Made by a program: the position numbers and the translations under genes
The notes under the pieces: model-generated
What the model saw: the letters and a program-made list of their open reading frames with translations, nothing else
The model's database searches: none
What the model was told of the DNA's origin: nothing
Assembly: GCF_046291265.1 (NCBI RefSeq)
Contig: NZ_JBKBTV010000010.1
Location: 19,199 to 83,198 of the forward strand
Source: Acidovorax sp.
GTDB taxonomy: Bacteria; Pseudomonadota; Gammaproteobacteria; Burkholderiales; Burkholderiaceae_C
Direction of reading: 5' to 3'
DNA: 64,000 bases
Shown here: piece by piece, positions 10,958-20,604 of the stretch
How positions within the stretch are numbered: position 1 is the first letter of the stretch
Layout of the letters: the number at the start of each line of letters is the position of its first letter

Positions 10958-13816
10958 TCAGTCGATTTTCCGTGCCGGGCCCAGATCCTGCGCATCGCTC
11001 AGCCAGCGGGTCAGCACCGCATGCAGCACGGCAGGGTCAAGCGGCTTGCGCAACACCAGATAGCCATCCTGGTCGGCGGCGCGCAGGTCCTCGGAGTCCA
11101 GCTCGCCGCTGACCATGGCGCCACTGGCATCGGGGCAACGGGCCAGCAATTCCTGCAAAACGGCAAAACCGCTTTCGCCACTGCGCAGCCGCTGATCGCA
11201 AAAGATCGCTTCGGGCACAAAGCCAGCGTTGAGGTGCTGCACGGCCTCGGCGGCGTTGGTGGCTGAACGCAGCTCCACGCTCCACCCTTCCAGCAGCGCA
11301 CGCCAGGCTCTCAATACCTGTGGGTCGTCCTCTACGACCAGGCACCTGCCCCGCAGGTCAGCAAGCGGCATGGCGTGTAAATGGGGCGCATGCTGCAGCG
11401 CTGGCGGTGTGGCCACAGACGTGGCCGGTGCGGCAACCTGCGCCGTGACCGCCAGGCGCAGCCAAAAGCGCGAACCTTTTCCAAGGCGGGACTGGTACCC
11501 GTACTCCGCGCCCATCAACTGGGCGCAGCGCGCCACCACAGCCAGGCCCAGACCATGCCCTTCAACGCTGTCTGCATCCCCCGATGGAGGGTGGCCATCG
11601 CTCACACCGCCGTGCAGGCGATCAGATCCGTCAATCGCCTTTGAAGCGCTGCTGCGAACGTAGGGGTTGAACAGCCGCCGATCATCTGCCGCCGCAATGC
11701 CGACGCCGGTATCCCACACTTCCACCAACCACTGGCGGCCACGTGACCGCACGCTCACCAGAACCTGGCCCTCTGGGGTGTAACGGATCGCGTTGTGCAC
11801 CAGGTTCAGCAGCACCTGGCGCAGCAGCATGGGGTCGGCCGTGGCCACGGCGCCGCGCGCGGGCAGGTGCATGCGCAGCTGCAACCCGCCGCTGCTGGCC
11901 TGGCTGCGCAGCATCTGCACGACCTCCTCCACCAGCGCGTTCAGGTCGACCGGCACCCGATGGGTGGCGCTGGCGCCTGCTTCCAGCTTGGAAAGATCCA
12001 GCAACGCATTGAACAGCTGGTTCATGGCCGCCATGCTGTTCTTGAGGTCGGCCAGCAGTGGCGCGATGGTTGTGTTGCGATTGCGCAGGCCAATTGCCTC
12101 CACCAGCATCGACATGGCGTGCACCGGCTGGCGCAGATCGTGGCTGGCTGTGGCGAGAAAAAGGCTCTTGTCTTGCAACGCCGCATCGACCCTGCGCTTG
12201 GCCTCCTGCAGACCGTGGTTGGCCTGCCGCGTGCGGCGGTACAGCACGCCGATGACGCTGGCCGCCAGCAGCACCACCAGTGCGCCGATGGCGGCCAGTA
12301 CAAACTGCCCCTGGCGCTGGCTGATCTCAATGTCTTTGAGGCTGTTTTGGTGCGCCAGTGTCTCGATCTGCCGGTCGCGCTGCACTGCGTCGAACCGGGC
12401 TTGCAGCTCAGCCACGGCCTGCTCACGGTCGGCCCGCAAAATATCTTTGGCCAGCGCTTGCTGGGCTCTGGCGGTGGCCACCGCCTCGGGGTAGCGGCCC
12501 GCTTGCTCGTACATGCGCGACAGCTCTTCCAAAATGAGTTCTTCGGTGGTGCGGGCCCCCGCGTCCTGCATGAACTTCAGCCCAGCCTTGACCTCTGCCA
12601 CGCCCTCGTCAATGCGGCCCTGCCCCATCAGCGCAAAGCCCACGTTGCAACGCGCCATGGCGGCACCTGCGGCGTCGCCCGCCTGTTGCTGCGTGGCCAG
12701 TGCGCGGCGTGCGTAAGGCTCCGCCAAGCTGTATTCCTTGCGAAGGAGGTGAAAGTCGCCCAGGTTGTTGAGCGCCGTGGCCTGCAGCCACAGCACCCCG
12801 GAAGACTCCCCCACCCGGAGCGCCGCGAGATACGCGGTACGAGCGGCTTCAAGGCGCCCCCTGCCCGACTCGGCATAGCCACGGTTCAGTTGCAAGGTGC
12901 CCAGCGCCTGCGTTGCGCCCAGCTCCTTGGCCAGCGCCTGCGCGCCGTCGATGGACTCCAGCGCCTTGTCTGCATTTTTCATCGACAGGTGAACCAGCCC
13001 CGCGTAAGTCTGCGAGCGCAGCAACGACACCCGCGACTGCCGTGGCCGCTGCAGCGCAAAGTCCTTGCTGCGCAGAATATCGGCCAAAGCGGGCTCAAAC
13101 TGGCCCATGGTGTTGTGCAGGCTGCCGCGCGCCAGATGAAATATCCACAGCGCCTGCGGGTCATGGCTGCGCAGGGCCACCGGTTCAATCATATTGAGCG
13201 CCTGCAGCACCTCGCCCGCTTTGCCCCGCGCACCCTGACTGAAAGCCCTGGCGCTGTGCGCTGTCACGCGCGCCACATCGTCACCGGTTTCCGCAGACAG
13301 CGCCAGCAGCGCGGCAATAGCGCCGTCTACCTGGTCCATCTGACCTTCCTCCAACCCGACCGCGATGACCGTTTCGAGATGACCACGCCGCACCTGCACA
13401 TGTGGCGAGGCCATCCACTCTGGCGCCTTCGCTTTCAGCTGCGCCTTGGCGAGCGCCAGGTTCTGGTAGGTCAGTGTTTGCAGCGCATCCTGCGCCTGCA
13501 GTTCGGCCTCCTGCGCCAAAGCCATGGGGTGGCAGGCCAACAGCAGCGCCGAGCAGCCCCATGCGAGGCGCTGGCGCAGCCATCGCAGAGCAGCCGGGTT
13601 GTGCAAGCTTGCGTGTGGAGCGCCCGAATGAGAACGATGGTGCAAATCACCTTGCGCGCTGCAGCGCATGCCCGCCTGTCGGGCCTGACGCCCGACAAGG
13701 CCCGCCGTGCCGGGCGCGGGCAGAGCCGCAAAGAGACGGCACATGCCCAACTGGCTCCCTGAGTGGTCGGCTGGCTTGTTGAGCCCAAGAGCGGTGAAGA
13801 AAGTGCGGTAATACAT
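10958..13816 (-). CDS. hybrid sensor histidine kinase/response regulator with TPR-like periplasmic region
   Basis: ORF track, 952 aa. Motifs found: H-box ATASHDLRQPVHAM, N-box LVHNAIRYT, G-box GHGLGLAVV, and a C-terminal receiver (CLVVEDDPQVL...D). The start is uncertain. ATG 13744 (MCRLFAAL...) has a GGGAG upstream; ATG 13816 has no SD. Confidence 0.85.
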   Translation of the reverse strand: MYYRTFFTALGLNKPADHSGSQLGMCRLFAALPAPGTAGLVGRQARQAGMRCSAQGDLHHRSHSGAPHASLHNPAALRWLRQRLAWGCSALLLACHPMALAQEAELQAQDALQTLTYQNLALAKAQLKAKAPEWMASPHVQVRRGHLETVIAVGLEEGQMDQVDGAIAALLALSAETGDDVARVTAHSARAFSQGARGKAGEVLQALNMIEPVALRSHDPQALWIFHLARGSLHNTMGQFEPALADILRSKDFALQRPRQSRVSLLRSQTYAGLVHLSMKNADKALESIDGAQALAKELGATQALGTLQLNRGYAESGRGRLEAARTAYLAALRVGESSGVLWLQATALNNLGDFHLLRKEYSLAEPYARRALATQQQAGDAAGAAMARCNVGFALMGQGRIDEGVAEVKAGLKFMQDAGARTTEELILEELSRMYEQAGRYPEAVATARAQQALAKDILRADREQAVAELQARFDAVQRDRQIETLAHQNSLKDIEISQRQGQFVLAAIGALVVLLAASVIGVLYRRTRQANHGLQEAKRRVDAALQDKSLFLATASHDLRQPVHAMSMLVEAIGLRNRNTTIAPLLADLKNSMAAMNQLFNALLDLSKLEAGASATHRVPVDLNALVEEVVQMLRSQASSGGLQLRMHLPARGAVATADPMLLRQVLLNLVHNAIRYTPEGQVLVSVRSRGRQWLVEVWDTGVGIAAADDRRLFNPYVRSSASKAIDGSDRLHGGVSDGHPPSGDADSVEGHGLGLAVVARCAQLMGAEYGYQSRLGKGSRFWLRLAVTAQVAAPATSVATPPALQHAPHLHAMPLADLRGRCLVVEDDPQVLRAWRALLEGWSVELRSATNAAEAVQHLNAGFVPEAIFCDQRLRSGESGFAVLQELLARCPDASGAMVSGELDSEDLRAADQDGYLVLRKPLDPAVLHAVLTRWLSDAQDLGPARKID

Positions 13817-14112
13817 GGTGTCTACTGAGAATCCCCAAAAGCCTCTTCGGAGACAGACTCCATGCTTACAAGGCGTGGTTCGGGTTTTACTTTGGAAACC
13901 GGCGGGGCTGAACCGGCAATGTCATCCAGATCATCGCCAAAGCGGCCCGCTTTTGCCGTCCGGTCTTTCCCTTCTCAGCAGATACCGTCTCCTCACCAGA
14001 CACTTCACCATCGTGGCTCCATAAAATGCAATCGACTCACAATGAGTGCGGTAATGCCCCCGCCGAATGCAGCGCCTTCCATTTCGAAACCTGACTTGAC
14101 TGTCCACGCAAC

Positions 14113-14526
14113 TTGCCCATGCCCATCGATAGTCGCTTTCCCATCCGCACAGAATGCCCGCCCGGCGCCTGTGTCTGTGACCGGGACGCCTTGCTGCAAT
14201 CGCCCGATGGCGACACGCGCATCCTGCAGCTCACCCAGGTGGAAGAGAAAAAACTGCTGCAGCGGCTGGAAAACATCGCCAGCCTGAGCGACCTGCGCCG
14301 TGTGCAGGACCGCATGCAGCAGCAACTGGGCATCGGCCTGACCATTGCCCCCAGCCCCAACGAGGTGCGCACCCTGCGCGGCATCACCATCCTGGTCCAT
14401 GAACAGCGCGGCCTGTGCCGCAAAACACGCCAGGCGATCCCCGCCGCCATCAAAAAGGGCATGGACCAGCGGCCCGAGATCACCTACGAGCTGCTGAACG
14501 AAGGCGGCCTGTTTTCGGATTCGTGA
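14113..14526 (+). CDS. hypothetical protein (137 aa, Cys-rich N-terminus)
   Basis: ORF track. GC3 is high in this frame by my own codon read. I do not recognise a family. It lies 170 nt upstream of the K+ efflux gene and is co-directional with it. Confidence 0.5.
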   Translation: MPMPIDSRFPIRTECPPGACVCDRDALLQSPDGDTRILQLTQVEEKKLLQRLENIASLSDLRRVQDRMQQQLGIGLTIAPSPNEVRTLRGITILVHEQRGLCRKTRQAIPAAIKKGMDQRPEITYELLNEGGLFSDS

Positions 14527-14695
14527 ACACAGGCCGCAGCCGCCGCGCCGCGGCTCGGGACTTGCTAGTGATCTCCCGGAGAACTTCCTAGAGATGGTGA
14601 ACACCTTCTGAGCCCCCCCTCGGATGACGCTACCATCCTCGCCGAACCTATCCTGCATTTCTGCTTTCTTTCCATTCGTCACCCCCGGAGTCCCC

Positions 14696-16540
14696 ATGGC
14701 CGCTGAATCAGGCACCGAACTCGTCAAAGTTGTCGTGCTGCTGGCCGCTGGCGTCATCGCCGTCCCCCTCTTCAAGCGCCTGGGCCTGGGCTCGGTGCTG
14801 GGCTATCTGGCCGCGGGGCTGGCCATTGGTCCTTTTGGCATGGGCTTTTTCAGCGAGGCGCAGACCATCCTGCACGTGGCTGAGCTGGGCGTGGTGATGT
14901 TCCTCTTCGTCATTGGGCTGGAAATGCAGCCTTCGCGGCTGTGGAACCTGCGGCGGCAGATCTTTGGGCTGGGCCTGGCGCAGGTGGTGGTGTGTATTGC
15001 ACTGCTCATGGCCACGGGCGTGCTGGCCGGGCTGTCAGCGGCGGTGGCCTTCATTGCCGCTTCGGGGTTTGTGCTGTCGTCCACCGCCATCGTGATGCAG
15101 TTGCTGGACGAAAGCGGAGACACGTCCACCCCGCGCGGCCAGCGCATCGTGTCCATTTTGTTGCTGGAAGACCTGGCCATCGTGCCGCTGCTGGCCATCG
15201 TGGCGTTTCTGTCGCCCGCACCCGCAGACCAGGCGGTGTCGCGGTGGGTAACGGTGGGCGTGGCGCTGGTGGCCGTGGTCGGGCTGATCGCTGTCAGCCG
15301 CTGGTTGCTGAACCCCTTGTTCAATTTGTTGGCGCGCGCCAAAGCGCGCGAGGTGATGACCGCCGCCGCGCTGCTGGTGGTGCTGGGCGCGGCGCTGGCC
15401 ATGCAGTGGGGAGGGTTGTCGATGGCCATGGGCGCGTTTGCGGCGGGGGTGATGTTGTCCGAATCCACCTTCCGCCACCAGCTGGAGGCCGATGTCGAGC
15501 CGTTTCGCGGCATTCTGCTGGGCCTGTTTTTCATGAGTGTGGGCATGTCGCTGGACATTCAGCTGGTGCTGCACAACTGGCCGCTGCTGCTGGGCGGTGT
15601 GGTGGCCTGCATGTTCGTCAAGGGCGTTGGCGTGTATGCGGTGGCGCGTTTTACCAAAGCAAAACACGGCGAGGCCCTGCAGCGCACCATGCTGATGGCA
15701 CAGGGCGGCGAGTTTGCGTTTGTGCTTTATTCGGCCGCCGCCGCCACGGGCATCGTCGAAGCGCGCGTGAACGCGGTGCTGACCGCCGCCGTGATCTTGT
15801 CGATGGCCCTGACGCCACTGGCGGTGTTGTCGCTGCGCTGGCTGATGCCGCCCGAACCCGCGCAGGACATGAACGGCGTGGAAGCCGCCGACGGCCTCAA
15901 GGGCACGGTGCTCATCATCGGGTTCGGACGGTTTGCGCAGATTGCCAGCCAGCTGCTGCTGGCCCGCGGGGTGGACATCGCCATCATCGAGAACGACACC
16001 GACATGATCCGCGCGGCCGCAAAGTTTGGCTTCAAGGTCTACTACGGCGACGGCACGCGCCTGGACGTGCTGCACGCCAGCGGCGCCCACCACGCCAAGT
16101 CAATTCTGGTGTGCACGGACGATGCCAAGACCACGACGCGCATCGTCGAGCTGCTCAAGCACGAGTGCCCGCTGATCCCCGTGCTGGCGCGCGCGTACGA
16201 CCGGCAGCACGCCATCGAGCTGTTGCGCTTGGGCGTGGACTACCAGATGCGCGAAACCTTCGAGTCGGCCATGGGCTTTGGCATGCAGGCGCTGGAAACC
16301 CTGGGTGTAGACCCTGACGAAGTGGCCGAGGTGGCAGAAAGCATCCGCGCGCGCGACGCAGAACGCCTGCAACTGGAGCTGGCCGGTGACAAGGACGGTG
16401 CCCGCCAGTTCTTCCAGGGCAAAAAGTGGATTCAAACCCCGCTGACACAGCCCCAGCGCACCGCCCAGGCGCTCAATGATGAAGCGGCCGATGCCATCGA
16501 GCACCCTGAGCAGCCCGCAGCGACCGCACCGCTGGCGTGA
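14696..16540 (+). CDS. monovalent cation:proton antiporter-2 (CPA2) family K+ efflux protein, KefB/KefC-like with TrkA-N domain
   Basis: Track ORF is 14624..16540. ATG 14696 (MAAESGTELVKVV...) is preceded by GGAG at 14687-14690. It has multiple TM segments, a QGGEFAFVL motif and a Rossmann motif VLIIGFGRFAQ. Confidence 0.85.
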   Translation: MAAESGTELVKVVVLLAAGVIAVPLFKRLGLGSVLGYLAAGLAIGPFGMGFFSEAQTILHVAELGVVMFLFVIGLEMQPSRLWNLRRQIFGLGLAQVVVCIALLMATGVLAGLSAAVAFIAASGFVLSSTAIVMQLLDESGDTSTPRGQRIVSILLLEDLAIVPLLAIVAFLSPAPADQAVSRWVTVGVALVAVVGLIAVSRWLLNPLFNLLARAKAREVMTAAALLVVLGAALAMQWGGLSMAMGAFAAGVMLSESTFRHQLEADVEPFRGILLGLFFMSVGMSLDIQLVLHNWPLLLGGVVACMFVKGVGVYAVARFTKAKHGEALQRTMLMAQGGEFAFVLYSAAAATGIVEARVNAVLTAAVILSMALTPLAVLSLRWLMPPEPAQDMNGVEAADGLKGTVLIIGFGRFAQIASQLLLARGVDIAIIENDTDMIRAAAKFGFKVYYGDGTRLDVLHASGAHHAKSILVCTDDAKTTTRIVELLKHECPLIPVLARAYDRQHAIELLRLGVDYQMRETFESAMGFGMQALETLGVDPDEVAEVAESIRARDAERLQLELAGDKDGARQFFQGKKWIQTPLTQPQRTAQALNDEAADAIEHPEQPAATAPLA

Positions 16541-16562
16541 AACCCGGTGACATGGCGGCAGC

Positions 16563-17651
16563 ATGAGCATTCAGGACGATTTGTTTGGTGGCCCTCCGGC
16601 GGCACCGCCATCGCCGCCTTCCTCAGCGCCTGCTTCGCCGCCCGCCCCCACTCCGCCAGCCGAGCGCAAGAAGAGCGCCACCGTCACGGCCCAACCGCAG
16701 GATGAGGCCGTGCACGCATTGGCCCGCAACCTGCCACCCACGCTGCGCCTGGGCACCTCCAGCTGGACCTACCCGGGCTGGCAAGGACTGGTGTGGGAGG
16801 GAGAACATTCCGACACCCAACTGTCCAAACAGGGCCTGGCGGTGTACGCCCAGCACCCGCTGATGCGCACGGTGAGCATTGACCGCAGCTTTTACCGCCC
16901 GTTGACCGCCAGCCAGTTCGAGCGCTACGCATCCCAGGTGCCCGACGACTTTCGTTTTGTGGTGAAGGCCCCCAGCGTGGTGACCGATGCGCTGGTGCGC
17001 AGCGAAGACGGCCGGGGCCGCCAGCCCAACCCAGCGTTTTTGAGCCCCTACCTCGCGCGCAGCGAATGTGTGGAGCCCGCCCTGCAGGGCCTGGGGCACA
17101 AGCTGGGCGCGCTGGTGTTCCAGCTCAGCCCCCTGCCGCTGGCGCAGTTGGACCGCATGCCGCTGCTGCTGGATCGCCTGCGCACCATGCTGCTGGCCCT
17201 GCCCTCGCTGGCGCCGCAAGCGCCCGACGGCGTGATTGCCGTAGAGGTGCGCGATCCCGAATGGCTGACCCCCGACTTTGCCGCGGTGCTGCGCGAATGT
17301 GGTGCCACCTACTGCCTGGGCCTGCACGCCAAGATGCCGCCGCTGCAGCAGCAACTGCCCCTGCTGCGCGCGCTGTGGCCCGGCCCGCTGGTCTGCCGCT
17401 GGAACCTGAACCCGGTGCACGGCCCGTATGGCTATGAAGACGCGGAACGGCTGTACGAGCCCTACAACCGCCTGCACCACCCCGACCTGCCGACCCGGGC
17501 GGAGCTTGCCAGCGTGATTGCAGGCATGACCCGCCGGGGGCAGAACGCGTTCGTGACCATCAGCAACCATGCCGAAGGCTCTGCGCCCTGGACGGTGCGG
17601 GGCGTGGCAGAAGAAGTGGCAGCGGCGCTGGCTGCCACACCTCTGCGCTGA
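16563..17651 (+). CDS. DUF72 family protein with Pro/Ala/Ser-rich N-terminal extension
   Basis: ORF track, 362 aa. The DUF72-like core begins LRLGTSSWTYPGWQGLVW. The first ~60 aa are low complexity (PPAAPPSPPSSAPASPPAPTPP). Confidence 0.75.
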   Translation: MSIQDDLFGGPPAAPPSPPSSAPASPPAPTPPAERKKSATVTAQPQDEAVHALARNLPPTLRLGTSSWTYPGWQGLVWEGEHSDTQLSKQGLAVYAQHPLMRTVSIDRSFYRPLTASQFERYASQVPDDFRFVVKAPSVVTDALVRSEDGRGRQPNPAFLSPYLARSECVEPALQGLGHKLGALVFQLSPLPLAQLDRMPLLLDRLRTMLLALPSLAPQAPDGVIAVEVRDPEWLTPDFAAVLRECGATYCLGLHAKMPPLQQQLPLLRALWPGPLVCRWNLNPVHGPYGYEDAERLYEPYNRLHHPDLPTRAELASVIAGMTRRGQNAFVTISNHAEGSAPWTVRGVAEEVAAALAATPLR

Positions 17652-17734
17652 GCAGGCGGCAGGGCCGGGGCGTGCCCGCTGTTGCATGCAGGCATCACGG
17701 CTGTACGCGCACCTCGGTGCCGGGCGCGCAGCCG

Positions 17735-17805
17735 AATACTCACTTATTGATAGCTACTAGCGCTTATCCAATAAGCGCTAGAGGCACTTTTTACTCATAT
17801 TTTTG
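17735..17805 (+). repeat. copy B (archetype) of repeat family 1, in a convergent intergenic region
   Basis: The sequence is gaatactcacttattgatagctactagcgcttatccaataagcgctagaggcactttttactcatatttttg. It has 11-bp inverted arms (ctagcgcttat / ataagcgctag) around a 3-nt spacer and is AT-rich. Confidence 0.9.
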
Positions 17806-17825
17806 CGAAACACTTGCTGCGCAGG

Positions 17826-19028
17826 CTAGGCGTGCGCCATCGCACCGCGTTTGCCACCCAGCGTGATCCAGGCCAGTGCCACGCCCACCAGCGCACCCGT
17901 GGCCATGCCAATCACCATGGGCAGCGGCTTGCCGGTGGCAAACAGGCCGACCACGCCCATGGCCAGCGCGCCGGTCAGCATCTGCAGCGTGCCCAGCAGG
18001 GCCGACGCCGTGCCTGCGATGGCACCGTGTTGCTCCAGCGCCAGCACCGAGGTGGTGGGGATCACCAGCCCCATGAGCGCACTGGCCACAAAATACAAAC
18101 CGATCAGCACGGTCAGGTCGTCACCGCCCAGCAGGTAATACAGCAGCAACGACGCCATCACCGCGCCCGACGCCGTGGCCGCCGCCTTCACCACCCGCAC
18201 CAAACCAAACCGCTCGCCCAGCGTGGCGGTGAACTGGGAGGCACCGATGAACGCCGCTGCGTTGACCCCAAACGCCAGGCTGTACTGCGTGGGCGTCAGG
18301 CCATAGTGGTTGATGAGCACAAAAGGCGAGCCCGCCAGGTACACAAAAAACCCGGCCATGGCACAGCCGCCAATGAACACGAGGCCCAGGTAGTGCCAGT
18401 CGCGCAGCAGCAGGGCATAGGCGCGCAGCGCACCGCCCAGGCTGCTTTCCACGCGGTCAGCAGCAAGCCGCGTCTCTTGCAGGCTGGCGTACACCAGCAC
18501 CAGCCCGGCTACGGCGGCCACGGCCACCACCCAGAACACGCCGCGCCAGCCGGTCAGCGCAATCACCCCGCTGCCCACCAGCGGAGCCAGGATGGGCGAC
18601 ACGCTGAACACCAGAATCAGCAGCGACATCAGCCGCGCCGCATCGGTGCCCGTGTGCAGGTCACGCACCACCGCACGCGGTATGGCCATGCCCGCCGCCG
18701 CACCCAGGCCCTGCAAAAAGCGCAGCGCCACCAGCGTTTCAATGTCCGTGGCCAGCGCGCAGCCCACGCTGGTCAGCGTGAACAGGCCCAAGCCAAAGTA
18801 CAGCGGGGGCTTGCGGCCCACCATGTCAGAGACGGGGCCATAGAACAACTGCCCGACCCCCAGCGCCACAAAAAATGCCGTCAGGCTCCACTGCACGGCG
18901 CCCACCGAGGCGCCGAGGTTGGCGCCGATATCTGGCAGTGCGGGCAGGTACATGTCGATGGCAAACGGCCCGATGGCCGAGAGCAGGCCCAGGATGAGGG
19001 CCATTTTGAGAAAGCGGGAAAAATGCAT
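17826..19028 (-). CDS. MFS transporter, Bcr/CflA drug-resistance subfamily
   Basis: ORF track, 400 aa. The N-terminus LLSAIGPFAIDMYLPALPDIGANLG...GQLFYGPVSDMVGRKPPL is typical of Bcr/CflA. It has 12 TM-like segments. Confidence 0.85.
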   Translation of the reverse strand: MHFSRFLKMALILGLLSAIGPFAIDMYLPALPDIGANLGASVGAVQWSLTAFFVALGVGQLFYGPVSDMVGRKPPLYFGLGLFTLTSVGCALATDIETLVALRFLQGLGAAAGMAIPRAVVRDLHTGTDAARLMSLLILVFSVSPILAPLVGSGVIALTGWRGVFWVVAVAAVAGLVLVYASLQETRLAADRVESSLGGALRAYALLLRDWHYLGLVFIGGCAMAGFFVYLAGSPFVLINHYGLTPTQYSLAFGVNAAAFIGASQFTATLGERFGLVRVVKAAATASGAVMASLLLYYLLGGDDLTVLIGLYFVASALMGLVIPTTSVLALEQHGAIAGTASALLGTLQMLTGALAMGVVGLFATGKPLPMVIGMATGALVGVALAWITLGGKRGAMAHA

Positions 19029-19150
19029 AGCCGCCCATTGTCACCATTTCGGTGCATGCGTTTCGGGTAAACCCTGTATAGACCGGATGGCAGCGTGCGC
19101 ATTGATCGGCGGCTGATCAGTCAGCGCCACACCTATGGAGTCGGCATCAA

Positions 19151-19245
19151 CCCACTTGAAGCCGCTGACTGAGCGCAGTCGAAGCGCCGCGCAAGGCTTC
19201 GACAGGCTCAGCCCGAACGGGTGTCTCAAGTTCAAAGATGCTGAC
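19151..19245. repeat. REP family 2 copy (GCTTCGACAGGCTCAGCCCGAACGG type)
   Basis: It shares ggcttcgacaggctcagcccgaacgggtg plus the tail tctcaagttcaaagatgctgac with the copies at 34897 and 39797. Spurious ORFs here read ...FDRLSPNG... and ...GLSLSKP... Confidence 0.85.
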
Positions 19246-19256
19246 TCAACAACACC

Positions 19257-20279
19257 TCAGTCGGGCGCCAACTCGATGCGATTGCGCCCGCCCTGCTTGG
19301 CCCGGTACATGGCGCGGTCGGCACGGCGCACCAGCTCTTCGGGCGCCTGGTCACGCTGGGGCACCACGGTGGCCACGCCAAAGCTCACGGTCACGATGCC
19401 ATAGGGCGCGCCCTCATGCGGCAGGGCCAGCGCCTGAATGGCGTGCTGGATCTGGTGGGCCACATCCATGGCCATCTGGGCATCCGCTGCGGGCAACAGC
19501 ACCACAAACTCCTCGCCCCCAAAACGCGCCACCAGGTCCCCCTCGCGCCGACCGCCACTTTGCGCCAAGGTCAATGCCAGCGCCTGCAGGCATTTGTCAC
19601 CGGCCAGGTGGCCGTACTGGTCGTTGAAATGCTTGAACACATCCACGTCCAGCATGATCAACGCGACAGGCGCATGCGAGCGCTGGGCGCGGGCCCATTC
19701 GTGCGCCAGGGCCTGGTCAAAGTGGCGCCGGTTGGCAATGCCCGTGAGCGCGTCGGTATTGCTGATCAGCTGCAGCCGCTCATTGGCCTGCTCCAAGGCT
19801 TGGGTGCGTTCTTCCACCAGCACCTGCAGCTCGCGGTTGTGCTCCGCCAGCCGGTCCTCCGGATACACCTCGCCCTGTCGGGCCACACCAAAGGGGATGG
19901 ACACGCTGCTGTGCGCAATCTTCCAGTCGTCGCCCTCGTGGCGAAACACCAGCACCAGCCGCGCGGTCTCGCGCGCAAACAGCGCATCGGGAATGGGCAG
20001 GTGGATGTGAAAAAACGCGGTGACGGCCACCACGTCATCGCTCAGCTCTTGGGGGAAAAGGTCCACCACGTCGATGCCGATGCGGCCAGGCACCTGCGCA
20101 AAGTCTTGCAGCGTGACGTCGATCCACTCGCTGCGGCTTTTGATGAGCTGGTCGCTGCTGCCTGCAAAGCCACTGAAGCTGTCGCTGAACCGCGTGACCA
20201 ACCTCTCGTCCCGCGCGGCATACATCTCGATGTACTCATCGAACAACAGGCGGATCAGTCGCTGGCGTTCCGGTGACAT
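19257..20279 (-). CDS. diguanylate cyclase (GGDEF) with N-terminal sensory domain
   Basis: Track ORF is 19257..20432. The likely start is ATG 20279 (MSPERQRLIRLLFDEY...). The GGEEF motif is RFGGEEFVVLL, with an RxxD-like upstream site. Confidence 0.85.
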   Translation of the reverse strand: MSPERQRLIRLLFDEYIEMYAARDERLVTRFSDSFSGFAGSSDQLIKSRSEWIDVTLQDFAQVPGRIGIDVVDLFPQELSDDVVAVTAFFHIHLPIPDALFARETARLVLVFRHEGDDWKIAHSSVSIPFGVARQGEVYPEDRLAEHNRELQVLVEERTQALEQANERLQLISNTDALTGIANRRHFDQALAHEWARAQRSHAPVALIMLDVDVFKHFNDQYGHLAGDKCLQALALTLAQSGGRREGDLVARFGGEEFVVLLPAADAQMAMDVAHQIQHAIQALALPHEGAPYGIVTVSFGVATVVPQRDQAPEELVRRADRAMYRAKQGGRNRIELAPD

Positions 20280-20604
20280 GGGCGGGTTCCTGTGAATCAG
20301 CGGTGGGTGGAGGGGCGCGTCCTGCAGCACAGGCTGCGGCCCGGCGCTCTGATGAATGTAGCACTCCACGCCCATGTGTAAAGGCTCTGGTGGGTGTACG
20401 CAACATGCACCCACTGCCATCCACGCTCGCATTGCACCGCAGGCCCAGCGCCGCAGCTATGTGCGCTGGCAGACAGTGAGGAAGGTTTCAACCCGTCAGA
20501 CTGCGTCACGAGTAAGGACATTGTTCTGATAGCGGTGCGTTTGTCCCAACTCCCCGCCGCGCGGATTTTCTCTGCCGCAGGCCAGTTATTGCAAGGACCA
20601 ACGT

